The notes: a model not told the origin generated them from the letters alone. DNA of 64,000 nucleotides from Octopus sinensis (GCF_006345805.1 NC_043014.1:49600001-49664000), one strand, 5' to 3'. Shown: positions 1 to 13,230, counted from the first letter of the stretch. Numbers and translations: made by a program.

Positions 1-59
1 TCTATAAAAATAATGAAGGGTGTAATTTACAAAACATCAAAACTACTAGAATCACTTAC

Positions 60-125
60 CAAGATGTAGAAATCTCAATGATAGATGGAGCTTCCGAAGA
101 ATTTTTTGCATTGTAATACATTAAC
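60..125 (-). CDS. Candidate internal coding exon (66 nt, phase 2-2), (R)[21 protein letters not shown](W); product unknown
   Basis: Minus strand: acceptor ...ataccactttag|G and donor TTG|gtaagt; length is a multiple of 3; only one frame is open; non-repetitive sequence. Confidence 0.55.
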
Positions 126-180
126 CTAAAGTGGTATAAACATAGAATTGAAGAGTAAGATTGAACGAAATGAACACGAC

Positions 181-195
181 GTGTATATATGTATG

Positions 196-255
<60 letters not shown>

Positions 256-307
256 CATATATATATGTATGTATGTATGTATATATATATATATATACAT
301 ATATATG

Positions 308-356
<49 letters not shown>

Positions 357-407
357 TATGCATGTATAGAGAAGTGTATATAGGCTTTTAGGCATGTTGT
401 GTGTGTT

Positions 408-454
<47 letters not shown>

Positions 455-512
455 ATATATGGTATATGTGTATGTGTATATATATATAAGTATATATGGT
501 ATATGTGTATAT

Positions 513-547
<35 letters not shown>

Positions 548-638
548 TATGTTTCTATGGTATATATGTATATATGGCATATATGTATATATGGCACACA
601 CACACATATATATGTATAAATAAAATATATGTACATGC

Positions 639-668
<30 letters not shown>
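181..668. repeat. Compound (TA)n/(TG)n microsatellite
   Basis: Seen directly; source of the YIYI ORFs. Confidence 0.95.
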
Positions 669-669
<1 letters not shown>

Positions 670-981
670 CATAGCTGTTGTGCGCAGTAGTGATTTGTGG
701 AAATAAGTAGCTTTAAGAAAGAAAGAGAGAAACAAAAGCTGCTTTAACTATGGGAAGGTGACATGATTGGGTGTGATCTAGCAGGTAGGTTTATGATCTA
801 ATAATAGTTGTAGAGGCTCTAGTGGTCCTGCGACCTGCTAGAAATAGCAGCCAAATATCTTCTTAAATGACACCCTAAAAAAGATAATGGAAGGACACAT
901 TAAACAAAGTAGTCCAAGATATACAATGCCTGAAAAGATAACAAGGCGGTCATAGCTGAGTAGAAAAAAATATTTTCATGA

Positions 982-1380
982 CAAGTAGCTTGCTAACTAA
1001 CCACATGGTTCCAGGTTCAGTCCCACTGCGTGGCATCTTGGGCAAGTGTCTTCTGCTATAGCCCCGGGCCGACCAATACCTTGTGAGTGGATTTGGTAGG
1101 CGGAAACTGAAAGAAGCCCGTCGTATATATGTATATATATATATATGTATGTGCATGTGTGTGTTTGTGTGTCTGTGTTTGTCCCCCTAGCATTGCTTGA
1201 CAACCGATGCTGGTGTGTTTATGTCCCCGTCACTTAGCGGTTCGGCAAAGGAGACCGATAGAATAAGTACTAGGCTTACAAAGAATAAGTCCTGGGGTCG
1301 ATTTGCTCGACTAAAGGCGGTGCTCCAGCATGGCCGCAGTCAAATGACTGAAACAAGTAAAAGAGTAAAAGAGTAAAGAG
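982..1380 (+). mobile_element. SINE family A (tRNA-like head, internal (TA)n(TG)n, (AAAGAGT)n-like tail), slightly 5'-truncated
   Basis: B-box-like ggttcagtccc; body nearly identical to about 20 other copies in the window. Confidence 0.85.
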
Positions 1381-1611
1381 TTCAACTCAATCAAAGCTGA
1401 CTTTGGGCTAAATAGCAACACTTGTTGCTTAACCTCAGTTCGAACTTATGATCAAGGCTTTCCAATCATAACCACCCACCCTGTTTTTTATTCATGTATC
1501 TTGTGTACCTAGGACCACACCGTTCAATATGCCACTACCATTTTTTCATGACAGCAGTTTATGATTTGAAGGAGACAAGGACACCTAGCTGCTATTTCTG
1601 GCTTAGAAGTA

Positions 1612-1641
1612 GTGGTTGTGGTGGTGGTGGTGGTGGTGGTG

Positions 1642-1692
<51 letters not shown>
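1612..1692. repeat. (GGT)n(AGT)n compound trinucleotide microsatellite
   Basis: Seen directly. Confidence 0.95.
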
Positions 1693-1866
1693 TGGGTGGG
1701 TGGTACTACTACTGATAGTTGCAGATGGAGGTTGGTTGAGATGAACATTGATTCTTAATGGAAGGAGACAGAAATAATTGAACCCTCCCACTCGTAGCCA
1801 CCTGAGATTTGACCCAAGTTCTACCATACAATCTTCAGTCCCTGTTTCCTTTGTGAGACCCTAGAA

Positions 1867-2074
1867 CAGCAGTTCTCAACCACAGCTCCGAGGGACACAT
1901 GCAGCCCTCGGGCATCTTTCCAGCAGTTATCAAAGTGATCAAAGTCTTCCCTCTAAAAAATAGTTTGTTTTTTCTTTAATTGACTTGGAGATTTTACTTA
2001 TTTTGGTGCAGCGGCCCCTAAAAAAATTCAAGTTTTGGATCTGACCAGGATATTAAAACAGTTGAGAATCACTG
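1867..2074. mobile_element. hAT-like MITE
   Basis: Terminal inverted repeats cagcagttctcaac / gttgagaatcactg (CA...TG ends); TSD degenerate. Confidence 0.6.
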
Positions 2075-2139
2075 CCCATGCATGTGGATTTGCAAACTTC
2101 TTCTCTGCTGAATATTAAAACATTTTCATCCATCCATCT

Positions 2140-2460
2140 CGTTTGCTCAGTCTCTCAGGGATTGTCGTCAGGGAACAGTCCTCAAGCATAGAAGCCTACC
2201 AGAAGCAGCTAACACTATCCTTTCTGGCTAGATTTCCAAGCATGACCAACTGGAACTATGAATATTATCTTAGTCTGCCCCTACGTCTCCTGCCTGTTGG
2301 CTCAGCTTCAGGAATCTGTCTTGTGGGGTTTTTTTTCCTGTAACATTCTAATCCCATGTCCATAGTCCCGAAGAGCTGTGACCTCTCGATGTAGAGAAGT
2401 AGGAGCTGGACCAAAAAAGATTTCCTGATACTTGTGCTATGCATCCTACCGAGTGACATT
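2140..2460 (-). pseudogene. Degenerate RTE-like LINE C-terminal fragment
   Basis: Reverse complement shares cagttggtcatgct...ccagcca with the fragment at ~22107 that encodes RRPGGRPRMRWLDN. Confidence 0.4.
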
Positions 2461-2740
2461 ACTCAAGAGATCCAAAGGTGGAGGTGCATAGATTAGTGGT
2501 TAGGGTGTTGGACTCATGATTGCAAGAATATGGTTTCAATTCCACCAGACTTGTCACCAGACTTCAAAGCATTAGGACAGGTATCATAAGGTGTTCTGTC
2601 TGAGGCTGTACAATTCTGCCAACCCACATTCCTGGATTGGTATCTTTTTTTAACAATCCTGGAAGGATAAAAGGCCTAATTGACTTCGTAAGGGTTTGAA
2701 CTCATAGCACAGAGATCTGGAATAAATACCGTACAGGTGC

Positions 2741-3335
2741 AGGTATAGTTGTGTGGTTAAGAAGCTCACTTTGCAAGCATGCGGAGTCAGGTTCAGTCCC
2801 ACTGCACAGCACCTTGGGCAAGTGTCTCCTACTATAACGACAGCTGACCTATGCTTTGTGAGTGAATTTGGTAGATGGAAACTGTGTGGAACCCCATAGT
2901 ATCATCATCATCATCATCGTTTAACATCTGCTTTCCATGCTAGTATGGGTTGGACGATTTGACCGAGGAATGGCAAACCAGATGGCTACACCAAGCTCCA
3001 ATCTGATCTGGCAGAGGTTCTACAGCTGGATGCCCTTCCTAACGCCAACCACTCCGAGAGTGTAGTGGGTGCTTTTGTATGCATATATACATGTGTGTGT
3101 GTGTGTGTTCTTGTTTGTGTTTGTCCTCCAACCCTTTCTCTTAACAACTGGCATTGGTTTGTTTATGTACCCATAACTTAGCAGTATGGCAAAAAAGAAA
3201 ACTGATTCAATAAGTACAAGACTTTAAAAAAACAGGAAGTACTGGGGGGTCAACCAATTCAACTGAAACCCTCCCAGGTGATGCCCCAGCATGGCCACAG
3301 TCCAATGACTGAAACAAGCAAAAGATAAAAGATAA
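2741..3335 (+). mobile_element. Older family A SINE interrupted by an antisense RTE 3'-end copy (2901-3075)
   Basis: Head, body and tail segments recognisable on either side of a (CAT)n-headed insert. Confidence 0.7.
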
Positions 3336-3869
3336 TGTATTCTGTCTCCTATACAATTACAACTGTATAATTAACCCTCCTCCCCCTTCACCACAGTGAC
3401 ATCTTGTTTTAGATAAGTATGAATCTAAACTGAAAGCTTCCACCAGAAATTTATGCAAGAAACTTTGGTTGTGTTCCAAACACAAGTTTAAATATATCAG
3501 CAGTCTTCGTATTTGTATTTGGTTAAGTTCCAAACGTTGGCCTAAACGCTGAAAGAATGTTGGTTGTTCTACTCTGAAACTGACTGAATCACAGGGACAG
3601 ATTGTTTTGTGGAGAATACGTGCAGTAAATCGTTAAACACAAAGGCACATTGATAATAAAGGAATGTGGCTGTTGGGTAAGGAGCTTGCTTTCCAACCAC
3701 ATGGTACTGAGTTCAGTCACACTGCATAGCACCTCGGGCAAGTGTCTTCTGCTATAGCCCTGGGCCAACCAAAGCCTTGTGAGTACATTTGGTAGATGGA
3801 AATGAAAGGAGCTAATTGTGTGTTTGCATGTATACATATACACTTAATATACACTTATATCCTCTTTTC

Positions 3870-4257
3870 TCTTTCTCTTTTACTTGTTTCAGTCATTTGA
3901 CTGCGGCCATGCTGGAGCACCGCCTTTAATCGAGCAACTCGACCCCGGGACTTATTCTTTTGTAAGCCCAGTACTTATTCTATCGGTCCCTTTTGCCGAA
4001 CCGCTAAGTGAAGGGGACATAAACACACCAGCATCGGTTGTCAAGCAATGCTAGGGGGACAAACACAAACACAGACACATATATATATACATATATATGA
4101 CGGGCTTCTTTCAGTTTCCGTCTACCAAATCCACTCACAAGGCTTTGGTCTGCGTGAGGCTATAGTAGAAGACACTTGGCCAAGGTGCCACACAGTGGGA
4201 TTGAACCCGGAACCATGTGGTTGGTAAACAAGCTACTTACCACACAGCCACTCCTGC
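3870..4257 (-). mobile_element. SINE family A, full length
   Basis: Reverse complement of the 982-1380 copy. Confidence 0.85.
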
Positions 4258-4290
4258 GATATATATAAAAAGAGAGAGGGGGGGGTGATA

Positions 4291-4480
4291 TGAGGGGTGT
4301 TGAAAAGATCCTGGCTTTGGGTAAAAGAAAATACAGGAGGATCAGTTGTGATTTTATTCAACATATTCCCCCCTCTCAGATTTACACACTTATTGCAGTG
4401 GTCCTTCAGTTTTTCTAAGCCTTGTAAAAGAACTCCGAAGGTTAGGCCTCCAACCAAGCCTTTTGTAACACCCTTAAAAT
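4291..4480 (-). mobile_element. mariner transposase 3' remnant with terminal inverted repeat
   Basis: Minus translation GLEKLKDHCNKCVNLRGG, resembling the mariner C-terminal KC...GEYVE; end tatgaggggtgttgaaaag. Confidence 0.6.
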
Positions 4481-5009
4481 CAGGACCAAAGGGGATCGTT
4501 ACTGTTTACCTGCTTTGAGGACCACTGTTCCAAAAAAGAATTATTTCACATTCACCCAAAATTTATAAATTCTTATAGCACCAATAATTCAGACATTTCA
4601 TTCTTTATATTTGTTTTGAGTCTGAAATTTCAAATCCATAATTAAAATTTCAATTTGGCCAGGAAATTTTTCAGACCTGGGTCCAATATTTTTCTGTACT
4701 TCCTCCTATGACCCAGCACTAGGCACAATGTATTCCCTGTACCACTTTCTCATAAGACCCTGGGTGGTCAAGTTAAACAAGACAATGGATTAGACCACCA
4801 CCCACCAACAGATAGTCAATCAGACAGGGTTTCACACAGTCTCCATCTCCAACCAACTAAATTTCATTCACAAGGCTTTAGTTGACCCAAGGCTGTGGTA
4901 AAAGACACCTACCTAAGATTTCATAGAGTGGGATTGAACCTGAAATCACGTGATTGCAAACACAAAGCATGGACTCCTTAGTTTCCAATCATGCCTGGCT
5001 ACCACCATA

Positions 5010-5241
5010 CCTATTTCTTTATTACCCACAAGGGGCTAAACACAGAGGGGACAAACAAGGACAGACATAGGTATTAAGTCGATTACATCGACCCCAGTGC
5101 GTAACTGGTACTTAATTTATCGACCCCGAAAGGATGAAAGGTAAAGTCGACCTCGGCGAAATTTGAACTCACAACGTAACGCAGACGAAATACCGCTAAG
5201 TATTTCGCCCGGCATGCTAACGTTTCTGCCAGCTCGCCACC
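5010..5241 (-). mobile_element. SINE family B (ggcggcgagctggcag head; gcctttcatcctttcggggtcgataaattaagtacc central domain)
   Basis: Near-identical copies at 5552, 10101, 23691, 28357 and 43055; central domain recalls the Meta-SINE-type conserved domain (from memory). Confidence 0.8.
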
Positions 5242-5551
5242 TTTGGTCCTGATTTTGATCTGCTCAATCAAAGAATAGATGATCTTTCATAAAGATTTCA
5301 TTGATTATAAACAATTTTGAATGATCTGGTGATCAGAAGACAAATCAGTTGTGATTCACAAAGGGTATCAACATCGTTTTTAGTAATAACAGTTCAGACA
5401 GTCACTTCTACTACCATGCAGCAGATCTATTACTAAAGTTCTTGCAGTAAAAATTCCTTAAGATAAACGAAACAGTGAGTATTCATAGAGGATATAGCAT
5501 AGCTATCAGTATTCGGAGAAGATACAACATAGTTAATGGTGTTCACAGAGA

Positions 5552-5910
5552 AAGGGCAGCGAGCTGGCAGAGACGTTAACACGCTGGGCGAAATGCTTAG
5601 CCGTATTTCGTCTGCCGTTACGTTCTGAGTTCAAATTCCTCCGAGGTCGACTTTGCCTTTCATCCTTTCAGGGTCGATAAATTAAGTACCAGTTACACAC
5701 TGGAGTCGATATAATTGACTTAATCCGTTTGTCTGTCCTTGTTTGTCCCCTCTGTGTTTAGCCCCTTGTGGGTAGTAAAGAAATAGGTATTTTGTCTGCT
5801 GTTACGTTCTGAGTTCAAATTCTGCCGAGGTTGACTTTGCTTTTCGTCCTTTCGGAGTCGATAAATTAAGTACCAGTTACGCACTGGGGTCGATATAATC
5901 GACTTAATCC
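5552..5910 (+). mobile_element. SINE family B with partial tandem duplication
   Basis: Full copy followed by a repeat of its internal part. Confidence 0.8.
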
Positions 5911-5919
5911 ATAATCAAT

Positions 5920-6240
5920 AAAGCATACAAGATAGCTGTCAGTATTCAGAAGATATAACATAACTGTTAGTACTCATAGAAGATATAGCATAGCTATTTG
6001 CATTCGTAGAGGATAAAACATAACTGTTAGTACTCATAGAAGATATAGCATAGCTATTTGCATTCGTAGAGGATAAAACATACGTAGCTGCTAGTATACA
6101 TAGAGGATATAACATAACTGTTAGTATTCATACAGGATGTAACATAGCTGTATTTGTAGAGGATATAACATGGTTGTTGGCATTTAGAGATGATATAACA
6201 TAGTTGTGAGTATCCAGAGAGGATATAGCATAAACATTAG
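5920..6240. repeat. Degenerate ~30-bp minisatellite (agaggatataacatagctgttagtattcat); further units at 5470-5550 and ~6605
   Basis: Periodic units, including a near-exact 60-bp duplication at 5961-6080. Confidence 0.75.
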
Positions 6241-6341
6241 TAATGATGTGCATATGTATTTTTAACATGCCCCTGCACACTAGAATGTGAATGGCATTTG
6301 CTATGGTATTTTTCTCTTGGAAAATTTATTTCTCCTTACAG

Positions 6342-6492
6342 ATTTTGTGTGCAAAAACACGCCCAGCATCAAGTAATGTCAGCAGACTACCAGACACTGG
6401 TGTTTCAGTGTTGTTTCACCTTCTCAGTGATAGTTACCACCTTGATCATTTGGAGCAAGTCAAGAACTTCTGTTCCTACATATAGAAAATAG
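6342..6492 (+). CDS. Candidate terminal exon, FCVQKHAQHQVMSADYQTLVFQCCFTFSVIVTTLIIWSKSRTSVPTYRK*, with a possible TM helix
   Basis: Strong acceptor tttatttctccttacag; unique sequence; two frames are open, so the frame is ambiguous. Confidence 0.3.
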
Positions 6493-7065
6493 CAAACAAA
6501 TTATTTGGCTGGGGTGTGCTGAGACTTGTTAAGATGGAAAGCAAAGATCAAAGTAATGATGTGTTTGGACAATAGCTTATAATCTCAATGAATGTGAATA
6601 CTTGTTAGTATTCATACAGGATATAACTTTTGTAGTGTATGTGTGGACACACAGACACATATACAGAAACAGAGATAGATGCTTCACATGAAAAGTGACT
6701 GAGTTACAAGCACTGAGTTTCTGCAATTTCAAAGACATGGAATAAAAGATGTTATACTTAAAAAATAGCTAAAGGTTAACAAAAGGAAGAGCATCCACCT
6801 ATAAAACAAAGCTTCAATAAAATATATATTCATCTAACCCATGCTAGCATGGGAAAACTGACATAAAAACAAATGAACAAAACACAATACAACTGTAACT
6901 TCTTCACAATTTCAATAATGAATGCCCAGATTCTGAGGTAAGTTCCTGGCAAGTTTAGCCAAGAACATGGTTTACTATCCCGGATCATATTCCACTTCAT
7001 TGATATACACCTCTGTTCTAATTCTGACACCAAATACCTAAGAAAAGAAACCAATATCTAATTAA

Positions 7066-7935
7066 CCTTTCAGCATTCAGATTACTTTTGTTAAAGGTTT
7101 GCTTTTTTTATTCACATTGGCTTGAATTAATCAGGCATTATCTCATAGCTTCGAGATTTCAAAGATGTGATTGTTTATTTGCAGAATGACATTGTAGGGT
7201 AGGTGTGAGAGGCTGGATCTGGCCTTGTTTTGAATTAATCATGCATTATCTCATAGCTTCGAGATTTCAAAGATGTGATTGTTTATTTGTAGAATGACAT
7301 TGTAGGTTAGGTGTGAGAGGCTGGATCTGGCCTTGTTTTGAATTAATCATGCATTATCTCATAGCTTCAAGATTTCAAAGATGTGATTGTTTATTTGTAG
7401 AATGACATTGTAGGGTAGGTGTGAGAGGCTGGATCTGGCCTTGTTTTGAATTAATCATGCATTATCTCATAGCCTTGAGATTTCAAAGATGTGATTGTTT
7501 ATTTGCTGAATGACATTGTAGGGTACGTGTGAGAGGCTGGATCTGGCCTTGTTTTGAATTAATCATGCATTATCTCATAGCTTCAAGATTTCAAAGATGT
7601 GATTGTTTATTTGTAGAATGACATTGTAGGGTAGGTGTGAGAGGCTGGATCTGGCCTTGTTTTGAATTAATCATGCATTATCTCATAGCTTCGAGATTTC
7701 AAAGATGTGACTGTTTATTTGTAGAATGACATTGTAGGGTACGTGTGAGAGGCTGGATCTGGCCTTGTTTTGAATTAATCATGCATTATCTCATAGCTTC
7801 GAGATTTCAAAGATGTGATTGTCCATTTGTAGAATGACATTGTAGGATAGGTGTGATATGCCAAATTTGGCTAGTTTGAAAATGAAACAAATAGAGTATT
7901 TAATCCAGATTATGGCTGGTTTAAGTGCTAAAGGG
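7066..7935. mobile_element. piggyBac-like (TTAA) MITE with internal 108-bp x7 tandem array (7124-7879)
   Basis: ttaa|cctttcagca ... tgctaaaggg|ataa; single-unit sibling at 41107-41325. Confidence 0.8.
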
Positions 7936-8350
7936 ATAAGCTATTTTAGAGAGATAAACATTGATTTCATTTTAATGCAGAAACAAAAGATTCCAGAGGC
8001 AAATGTGCTGGTCTAGGGACTAGCAATCCAGTTTGTAGGAAAATGTGGAATAAAATATTCTACCAAATGTACAATGAAATACCTGTGGTGGATTTAAACT
8101 CAAGAGTTACAAAGTAGAAATCTACTAGTTCAACTAAGCAGTTGCATAAGTTCTTTGTATGTTTGTAATATGAAGGCGAACATTGTTAGAAAGGAGTTTC
8201 AGAGAGATGCATACATTATATATATATTTATATATATATCACCGTGACCGACCAGACTATCAGAGGTTGCTACACATCACTGGTCACAATGCGCTTCGCA
8301 TTGTTTTAGCCTTCAAATGATGCCACCCCGCTGGCTAAGCAAGCAGGCCA

Positions 8351-8390
<40 letters not shown>

Positions 8391-8400
8391 CATACATTAT

Positions 8401-8469
<69 letters not shown>

Positions 8470-8531
8470 ATGTATTATCATCATATTTATTTATATATAT
8501 ATATATATACACACATACATATATTATCATC

Positions 8532-8564
<33 letters not shown>

Positions 8565-8584
8565 GATAATCAAGTGATAGATAA

Positions 8585-9170
8585 TTGAGGCTGATGATAA
8601 GTAACTCAATAGCAACACTTGTTCTAGCATATGCCCACAGGCAAGACTGCCAGAAGAAGGATAGCTTCAGTGAGACCCTTCGGCAGACTACCTCAACGAC
8701 AACTGACAGTCACCATATTATTGTGGCTGGTGACTTCAATGGACACGTTGGCCAACATGTGGACAGCTTTTGGACACATGCAGAGGCTGTGTTTATGGTT
8801 CAAAGAATGCAGACGGTGTGAGGCTCCTGGAGTTCTGTGATGCAACTGAGCTAACCATATGCCACATGCACTTTAGGAAGCCAGCCAACCAGACCCCAGC
8901 ATCTACCGAACTGGCAAACACTCAAGTCAGACAGATTACATTCTCACCAGGAAACAGTCGGAAACTCTGTTGTAAATACCAAAACCTTTCCTGGTGAAGA
9001 ACGCACCAAACATCATAGATTAATGTCTAGTGACATCAGAGTCGGTGCTTAGGCAGACACAGAAATGAAAGGTGAATTAGAGAAGGAAAATATGGAAACT
9101 AAAACATCTGGCAATTGGGAATAGATTTAGAGAAATTCTAATTGATGCATCTGACTGTAGAGAGGTAGAC
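8585..9170 (+). pseudogene. RTE-clade LINE AP-endonuclease fragment (frameshifted); continues at ~10560-10740
   Basis: Motifs IIVAGDFNGHVG and G.G.KNADGVRLLEFCDATELTIC across frames. Confidence 0.8.
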
Positions 9171-9174
9171 TTAC

Positions 9175-9551
9175 TCTTTTACCCTTTTACCTGTTTCAGT
9201 CATTTGACTGTGGCTGTGCTGGAGCACCGCCTTTAGTCGAGCAAATCGACCCCAGGACTTATTCTTTGTAAGCCTAGTACTTATTCTATTGATCACTTTT
9301 GCCGAACCGCTAAGTTACGGGGATGTAAACACACCAGCATCGGTTGTCAAGCGATGTTGGGGGGACAAACACAGACACAAACACACACACATATATACTA
9401 TGGGCTTCTATCAGTTTCCGTCGACCAAATCTACTCACAAGACTTTGGTTGGCCCGAGGCTATAGTAGAAGACACTTGCTCAAGGTGCCACGCAGTGGGA
9501 CTGAACCCAGAACCATGTTGTTGGTAAGGAAGCTATTTACCACACAGCCAC
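9175..9551 (-). mobile_element. SINE family A
   Basis: Similarity to other copies. Confidence 0.85.
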
Positions 9552-9639
9552 TAGCGCAGATGGCTGGGAATTTCCATGAAATAACCTGCTTAAGGTCACA
9601 GATCAAACATGAGGCTGGAGCAAAGTTCCAATGGAATGA

Positions 9640-9985
9640 TGAGGGTAAAGTAAGTAAAGACCCCTTTGGCCATGAATGACCATAGAACTGCATGTAGAAA
9701 GTTCCTCTCCGAGACACAAGTCCAGGCAAGGCTGTTTATGGAAGACAAGCAGTCACCCATGCATGCCAGCCTCCCCTCTCCACGCCATCAATGTTATCCA
9801 AGGGAAAGGCAAAGGCCGATACAGCTTGGCACCAGTGACATAGCAACTCATTTCTACAGCTGAGTGAACTGGAACAACATGAAATAAAGTGCCTTGCTCA
9901 AGAACACAACACACAGCCCGGTCCGGGATTCGAGCTCACTTACCTCATGACTGTGAGCTTGATGCTCTAACAACTGAGCCTACAG
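9640..9985 (-). mobile_element. tRNA-derived CORE-like SINE (family D variant)
   Basis: Reverse of ggctcagttgttagagc...gttcttgagcaaggcactttatttc; related to 50030-50640. Confidence 0.7.
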
Positions 9986-10100
9986 TGGTAAAAGGACAGA
10001 AATGGAAGACCTAGAAGGAAAGTAGTAGTAGTAGGGAACTTAACATAATGGCTAGGAAGGCAGCTACGACACAGGTATGTTTGGTTAAAGGTGAGGCAGA

Positions 10101-10337
10101 AAGGCGGCGAGCTAGTAGAAACGTTAGCACGCCGGGCAAAATGCTTTAGCAATATTTCGTCTGTCTTTAACGTTCTGAGTCAAATTCCGCCGAAGTTGAC
10201 TTTGTTTTTCATCCTTTCATGGTCGATAAATTAAGTACCAGTTATGCACTGGGGTCGATGTAATTGCCTTAATCCCTTTGTTTGTCCTTGTTTGTCCCCT
10301 CTATGTTTAGTCCCTTGTGGGCAATAAAGAAATAAGA
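10101..10337 (+). mobile_element. SINE family B
   Basis: Similarity to other copies. Confidence 0.8.
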
Positions 10338-10366
10338 AAGGGAGAGCCTTACACATGTCCTGCAGT

Positions 10367-10560
10367 ATGAGGGTCAGAGGCATGAAGGGTCAGAGGCATG
10401 AAGGGTCAGAGGCATGAGGGTCAGAGGCATGAAGGGTCAGAGGCATGAGGGTCAGAGGCATGAGGGTCAGAGGCATGAAGGGTCAGAGGCATGAGGGTCA
10501 GAGGCATGAAGGGTCAGAGGTATGAGGGTTAGAGGCATGAAGGGTCAGAGGCATGAAGGG
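10367..10560. repeat. 15/16-bp minisatellite (gggtcagaggcatga[a]) x ~12
   Basis: Seen directly, between RTE fragments. Confidence 0.9.
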
Positions 10561-11230
10561 CTCAAGATGGCAAGGCATTGTGTGAGAGAGAATCAAGATG
10601 TCATTGGTGCAAAGTGCATTTGGGGTGGTGAAGGCTTACTTGCCACTGATTTCGAAGACAAAAAAAGTGGTGTAGGTGTGTTGTTATGAAAGGCTGCTGA
10701 GTGTGAAGAACGCAGGAAATAAAGAGCAGCTACCTCATACTGACCCTTATAGAGCAGTGTTCCTCAACTTTCTTACCCTTGAGTACCCTTAAAATAAATT
10801 ACATGTCTCAAGGAACGCCTTCACACAAAAAAAAATTATAAACAATACATACCAATACATACATCTAGAGCAAAATTTTTTCAGAGGCCCTTAAAATACT
10901 ATTATGGATTTTACCCATCTTTTATCCCTCGTTTTCTAGTACAAAGTTGCCTCCTTGAGTTTGTAGTCATGCAAACTGCATGGCTGTGTCACTAGTGTTG
11001 CTGGTATAAAAAAAAGCACTAGTGTCAAAGCATATACTGCAGCACAAAGCCGTCCCTGGACCTGTCAGAGCTTGTCAAACCGTCAATATGGAACACAGAC
11101 GTTAAATAATGATGATGATAATGAGGAGGAGGATATATATATACGTTGTGTTTGTGTGTGATCGTTAATTGGTCTACAAGCTACAAGAACAAACCTGGCA
11201 GAACCCATCTGTAAACAGTAAACCATGTTC

Positions 11231-11655
11231 GGCAATCTTTCGTCTCTAGTAGACCTTTCCGTCGATTTCCGTAAATTTTTTTTTTTTTTTTACATATGGG
11301 CTTGCGGGAACTTTTGAAGTAATGAGAGCGAAAGAGACTAAGAGAAAGCGATTTTATGACGAGGGAAGTTCTTTTGAAATTACCGTGCATGGCAAGCATT
11401 GATGTACATGTGTGTGTGTGTGTTTGATGGGGTGTGGGAGACAGACAGTATGTTGTGTAAGTGAAGTGCTTCTGTTAGTGTGTGTGAAGAGACAGAGAGA
11501 GTAATGTGTGAAAGAGAGAGATAACTGAAATTTTTTACTCGGTGTATGTGTATATGTATGTATATTACTTCAAAAGTTCCCGCAAGCCCATATGTAAAAA
11601 AGAATATTTTTTTACGGAAATCGACGGAAAGGTCTACTAGAGACGAAAGATCGCC
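11231..11655. mobile_element. MITE with ~90-bp TIRs and 8-bp TSD (ccatgttc), GG...CC ends (Merlin/MULE-like)
   Basis: 11231-11323 is the reverse complement of 11564-11655; TSD at 11223-11230 and 11656-11663. Confidence 0.85.
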
Positions 11656-11865
11656 CCATGTTCTGTCCCTATATCCTAGCTACACAGCGAAGAGAATATT
11701 AGAAACATTAAAAAAAATGCAGGCGTGGCTAGAAGCGAAAGTCGGAGGGCGCTTTTCGTCTTCTCCCATCCTTATATCATCATCATCATTCATCCCATTA
11801 ATGTCTCTGTCTAGCCCTCAAGCTTCTCTCTGTGTGCTGCCCTTGTGGCAAATTTAATGAAATAA

Positions 11866-12004
11866 AGAAGCTTGCTTCCCAACCACATGGTTCCAGGTTC
11901 AGTCCCACTGCGTGACACCCCGGGCAATAGTCTTCTACTATAGCCTTGAGCCGATCAAAGCCCTGTGAGTGGATTTGGTAGACAGAAACGAAAAGAGGCG
12001 CATC

Positions 12005-12050
<46 letters not shown>

Positions 12051-12250
12051 ATGTGTGTGTGTTTGTCCCCCCACTATCGCTTGACAACCAATGTTGGTGT
12101 GTTTACGTCTCCCGTAACGTAGCAAAAGGGTCCGATAGAATAAGTACCAGGCTTACAAAGAATAAGTTCAGGGGGTCGACTTCTTCGACTAAAAGGTGGT
12201 GCTCCAGCATGGCCACAGTCAAAATGACTGAAACAAGTAAACGGAAATAA
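11866..12250 (+). mobile_element. SINE family A
   Basis: Similarity to other copies. Confidence 0.8.
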
Positions 12251-13228
12251 ATGGAAGTTGGTTTGTTCGTTCGGTAGGTAGGTAGTTTCCAATCTGAAGA
12301 TGACAGATTCCTGACAGATTCCCTTCCTCCCACACGTTACAAGGGACCCTGGAGAAGGGGGGTCACAGATATTGGTCCCCTTTCTTTTTCTGAATAAACT
12401 ATGAAAATGAAAAAAGGAAAAAAGAAAATTAAAATGAAATACGGTTGCAAATATGTCGTCAATTCAAGGTACATTACATTTTATATGCTGTGACATTTGA
12501 GATGTTTGAAGGAGCTGCAAATAGCGAACACTGAATTCTTCCCTTGTTCAGCGTTTTGTCTGAGACTCGTGAGAGACACAATGGCTCTCGCAACGTTCAT
12601 AATTCTTTCAATATTTCGTCACTGCTTCCGTTTAATGAAGTTCTTCTACGAATTTTATTATCTGATTGTGTTTCCTTTATTGCTTTAAATTTCGAATAGA
12701 AAAGATTTGAAATCTTCAAACTGTAATTTTAGCACCGCGCACACCATGGAGCTTTCTTTGTGGGTCGTTACGATTCTGTTAGAAATAGCAGCCGAATCTT
12801 GTTTCAATTCATACCAATTTCATGAAGTCCACATTATTACAGATACACTGTTTCTGAATAAAAGACGAAATGTTCACGGCTGGAATGGATTTATCCAGGG
12901 GAGCCTGCAAGACAGATCCAGGGGTACCTGCTGGAACAGGACTACAGAATTTCCCCACACACTTTTATATACATAGTAGGGTGGATATGGAAGAAGAAGA
13001 AAAACTTCCACAATGATGAATTTCAACTCAAAACCAATAAGTTTGTTATCTTTGCTGTTTAACCTCGGGTCACATCACACAGACTTGCACACAAAAGACA
13101 TTCCAGCCGTAACCATCCCGTTGTTTTTTTCAGACACGGTGAAGATTCATTTGATATAGATTGGTTGCTATTTCTAGCATGTGAAGAGACCACATAGAGA
13201 GATTCTAGTTACTTCTGTGTCAGAACTG

Positions 13229-13230
<2 letters not shown>

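Noticed and set aside
56-735. Long [16 protein letters not shown] ORFs here and at 13174, 24482, 26718, 37150, 45392, 55636 and elsewhere
   Set aside because: Translations of di- and tetranucleotide microsatellites that lack stop codons
3413-3521. Apparent plus-strand exon with ag/gt boundaries
   Set aside because: Resembles the reverse complement of the degenerate MITE interior at ~56400-56450; weak donor
6830-7054. Minus ORF with good acceptor (cttttcttag) at ~7038
   Set aside because: No convincing donor or recognisable protein; cannot be supported without RNA data
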